From positions 1 to 44,033 of IMG/VR virus record IMGVR_UViG_3300049198_000011: a stretch of DNA of 44,033 nt, one strand, 5' to 3'. Position numbers and translations under genes: made by a program. This stretch comes from a virus. A model generated the notes under the pieces. The model saw only the letters and a list, made by a program, of their open reading frames with translations, ran no database searches and had not been told where the DNA came from. Shown here one piece after another: positions 42,109 to 44,033 of the stretch. The first letter of the stretch is position 1. Each line of letters opens with the position of its first letter.

Positions 42109-43308
42109 TTATAACCTCGGCTTAAAGAAATACATATCTTGATTGACGGCATTAATAAGCGTGAATATTCCAAGCTTTGGTATCCACCTGAACCTGTTAA
42201 AAACACCAGCTGGAGTTTTAACTGTGGGTGTTACTGAATTTGAAGGGCTTAAATTTAACGTCCCAATATTCCAAGTTGCTGTTCTTGGATTCCCTGCAAA
42301 AGTCAGCACGTTTATTTTTGTCGTGTCAGTGTCATTATTCCAAAACGCAACCTTATTATTACCCAAATACTGCCCCTGACACTGACCGATAGTTGCTTTG
42401 GTCATACCTGTAATGGCGCCGGTTACGGCAGGCGAGAAGTACTGATAGGTCGTGCAGTCAAATACAACAAAACCGTTTGTGTAAAAGCCACAAAAAATGA
42501 CAATTACGTCGTGGTCTGGCAGGTAGCAGATTGAACACGTGCCGCTTGTGTTGTCCCCATTGCCGCGCAATTGCCACACATCTGATACAGGATTGTACGT
42601 GGCAAGCTTTGCGTTTCCAGATCCCTTGTACCAAATCAGCTCCCTGTTTTCGTCGTAGCAGGCGGAGTTATCAAGCCCCATCCCAACACCTGTTGGAGCT
42701 ACAGCCCCAAACAATATCATCTCACCAGTCTGTTCGCTGATACCTACCGGCCTATCAGTACCGCCTTGACCTGATCTATAGCAAGTCTTGCCAAGTACGC
42801 CAAGCATCGGCATTTTTGTTGGCTCAAAATAAACAGGAGTGCTGTACGTGTGGACAGACCTAGGTCTCCCATCTGCGTAAACCCCTGAGTTTTCTAATCC
42901 GTCGTTCAGGTTGATTACGTTGCCGATAGCACCAGATGGGTTCCTAACCAGAATCCACCTCGGGGATTCAGAGTTCACATCAAATTTAAGTATTGAGTTA
43001 TCGCCAGTATCGGCATGCCCACCATCACAGACATGCCACAGCGTACCGTCAGGAGACGCGCACTGACCATTCCACGCCGTTATTTTTGTTACCCACCCGC
43101 CATCGCCTTTAAATGGTGAGGCTCCAGGATAGTTTGGATTTATAAGGGGGTTATTCTCTGGGTTTATATCTGCCATTTTATTTACAGCTGGCACTATTCC
43201 CCACTGATCGTCCGGCGCATTGGTTATCCAGCCTGCCTTGTACACCAACCCAGCCCTGATAGTCCCGCCACTAGCCACGCTATAAACGTCATTTGCCATT
43301 AATCGCAT
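42109..43308 (-). CDS. Hypothetical late protein, 399 aa, beta-propeller-like (low confidence)
   Basis: Rich in W/G/D/N with recurring strand-turn patterns. The start may be the second ATG at 43299 (aaggatgcgattaATG). Confidence 0.45.
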   Translation of the reverse strand: MRLMANDVYSVASGGTIRAGLVYKAGWITNAPDDQWGIVPAVNKMADINPENNPLINPNYPGASPFKGDGGWVTKITAWNGQCASPDGTLWHVCDGGHADTGDNSILKFDVNSESPRWILVRNPSGAIGNVINLNDGLENSGVYADGRPRSVHTYSTPVYFEPTKMPMLGVLGKTCYRSGQGGTDRPVGISEQTGEMILFGAVAPTGVGMGLDNSACYDENRELIWYKGSGNAKLATYNPVSDVWQLRGNGDNTSGTCSICYLPDHDVIVIFCGFYTNGFVVFDCTTYQYFSPAVTGAITGMTKATIGQCQGQYLGNNKVAFWNNDTDTTKINVLTFAGNPRTATWNIGTLNLSPSNSVTPTVKTPAGVFNRFRWIPKLGIFTLINAVNQDMYFFKPRL

Positions 43309-43341
43309 CCTTTACGGCGTTGCATTCGTTGGTGTAGTTTA

Positions 43342-43788
43342 TCACCGTCTTTCAGTCCTGTCAGTCTGTACGTCTTTGGTCTTTTCAAAGCTGCGCATTA
43401 AACCAAGGCCGAGCATACCAAGCAGCACCTGAATTGTTAGGTCTGTGTTTATCTCTGGAAAGCTGCCCTGATAGTCATAAGCAACCTTAGCGACAAATCG
43501 CGCTATCGGCTCAATGATGGCGGCATAGGCAAATGCAACACCGCCACACCAACCGCTAAACGGTCGCCAGCCTGCAACGAAAATAGATGGGTTCTGAGCT
43601 TCAACCTTGTTTATTTCAATTTGCCCGAGCAACAACTTAACCTCAGCATCCATCCGCGCCAAGTCGCCAGACTGTTTTAGCTGCTCAAGTCTGAATAATT
43701 CCTCAGCGCGCTTTGACGGGTCTGGCCATATTTTCTCAATGGCAGTCTTGCCGAGCTCAAATAAAGCACTTAGCGGGTCGAAGCTCAT
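43342..43788 (-). CDS. Holin, 3-TM gene-transfer-agent type (GTA_holin_3TM-like), 148 aa
   Basis: N-terminal amphipathic region, QIEINKVEAQNPSIFVAGWRPFSGW, and C-terminal LLGMLGLGLMRSFEK. ATGA overlap with the endolysin. Confidence 0.7.
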   Translation of the reverse strand: MSFDPLSALFELGKTAIEKIWPDPSKRAEELFRLEQLKQSGDLARMDAEVKLLLGQIEINKVEAQNPSIFVAGWRPFSGWCGGVAFAYAAIIEPIARFVAKVAYDYQGSFPEINTDLTIQVLLGMLGLGLMRSFEKTKDVQTDRTERR

Positions 43789-44033
43789 TTATTCACCTCT
43801 ATTTGATAATGTGGTAAATCCACAAAAGTTTTGAAATCACCGCCCCACGTTATCTTCACGCCAATTTCAGCCGCCGCTCTTTTCATTGCCTCAGCAACTA
43901 ATTTAAACGGCTCTGGATTTTTCCAATCAACGGGTAGTGGCACAATATCCACAGCCTGACCGATAATGTGGCGGCTTTTCAGTGTTCGCGTGAATCCTTG
44001 CTTCATCAGCTCGGCTTGACGCTCTGGCGTTCT
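43785..44033 (-). CDS. Endolysin, M15 peptidase, C-terminal part (the 5' part lies at 1-253 via the circular junction; 43907-44033 duplicates 1-127)
   Basis: ...SRHIIGQAVDIVPL...ITWGGDFKTFVDLPHYQIEVNK. Confidence 0.8.
   Translation of the reverse strand, partial: RTPERQAELMKQGFTRTLKSRHIIGQAVDIVPLPVDWKNPEPFKLVAEAMKRAAAEIGVKITWGGDFKTFVDLPHYQIEVNK
43907..44033. repeat. Terminal duplication, copy 2
   Basis: Identical to 1-127. Confidence 0.95.

Noticed and set aside
1-44033. Lysogeny module (integrase, CI-type repressor, attP) or transposase / IS element
   Set aside because: No ORF shows tyrosine or serine recombinase or DDE motifs. The only repressor-like genes are two small Cro-type HTH proteins. 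The phage may be virulent, but absence cannot be proven by eye.

Overview
The window is a complete, circularly closed genome of a tailed dsDNA phage with siphovirus-type gene content. Bases 1-127 recur exactly at 43907-44033, so the unique length is 43,906 bp and the M15 endolysin gene is split across the window ends.

There are three transcription blocks:
- (a) A long minus-strand late operon starts at terS (24372). It runs through terL, a MuF-like gene, portal, scaffold, major capsid, a tail-fibre cassette, a small membrane-protein cassette, connector and tail genes, the G/GT chaperones with a canonical A_AAA_AAG -1 frameshift site, the tape measure and the tail tip. It then reaches the endolysin, wraps past the junction to a GTA-type 3-TM holin and five more late genes, and ends at a shared terminator near 39190.
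- (b) A minus-strand early-left block runs 30202->24461. It carries a Cro-like HTH, a Prim-Pol primase/NTPase, a terminator, a 440-bp AT-rich ori-like region, a promoter, and then about 11 tiny translationally coupled ORFs that include a Mom-like GNAT-type candidate.
- (c) A plus-strand early-right block runs 30342->39197. It carries a Sak4-like ATPase, a DUF669-like protein, a YqaJ exonuclease, an SF2 helicase and a VRR-NUC nuclease. About 15 small ORFs follow, including a zinc-ribbon peptide, a lipoprotein, a pentapeptide-repeat protein encoded by 16 near-identical 15-bp units, three single-pass membrane peptides and HTH proteins.

I recognised no tRNA, rRNA, CRISPR array, integrase, transposase or DNA polymerase.

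The most interesting signals are:
- the pentapeptide-repeat gene;
- the Mom-like gene;
- the YACTAT/TAGTAAG site network linking the ori-like region with the divergent early promoters;
- two late proteins sharing an exact 24-residue IP(S/A) periodicity;
- a ~5.2-kb accessory island (fibre cassette, twin terminators, non-coding stretch, membrane cassette) between the capsid and connector genes.

All functional calls come from motif recognition by eye, not from database searches.
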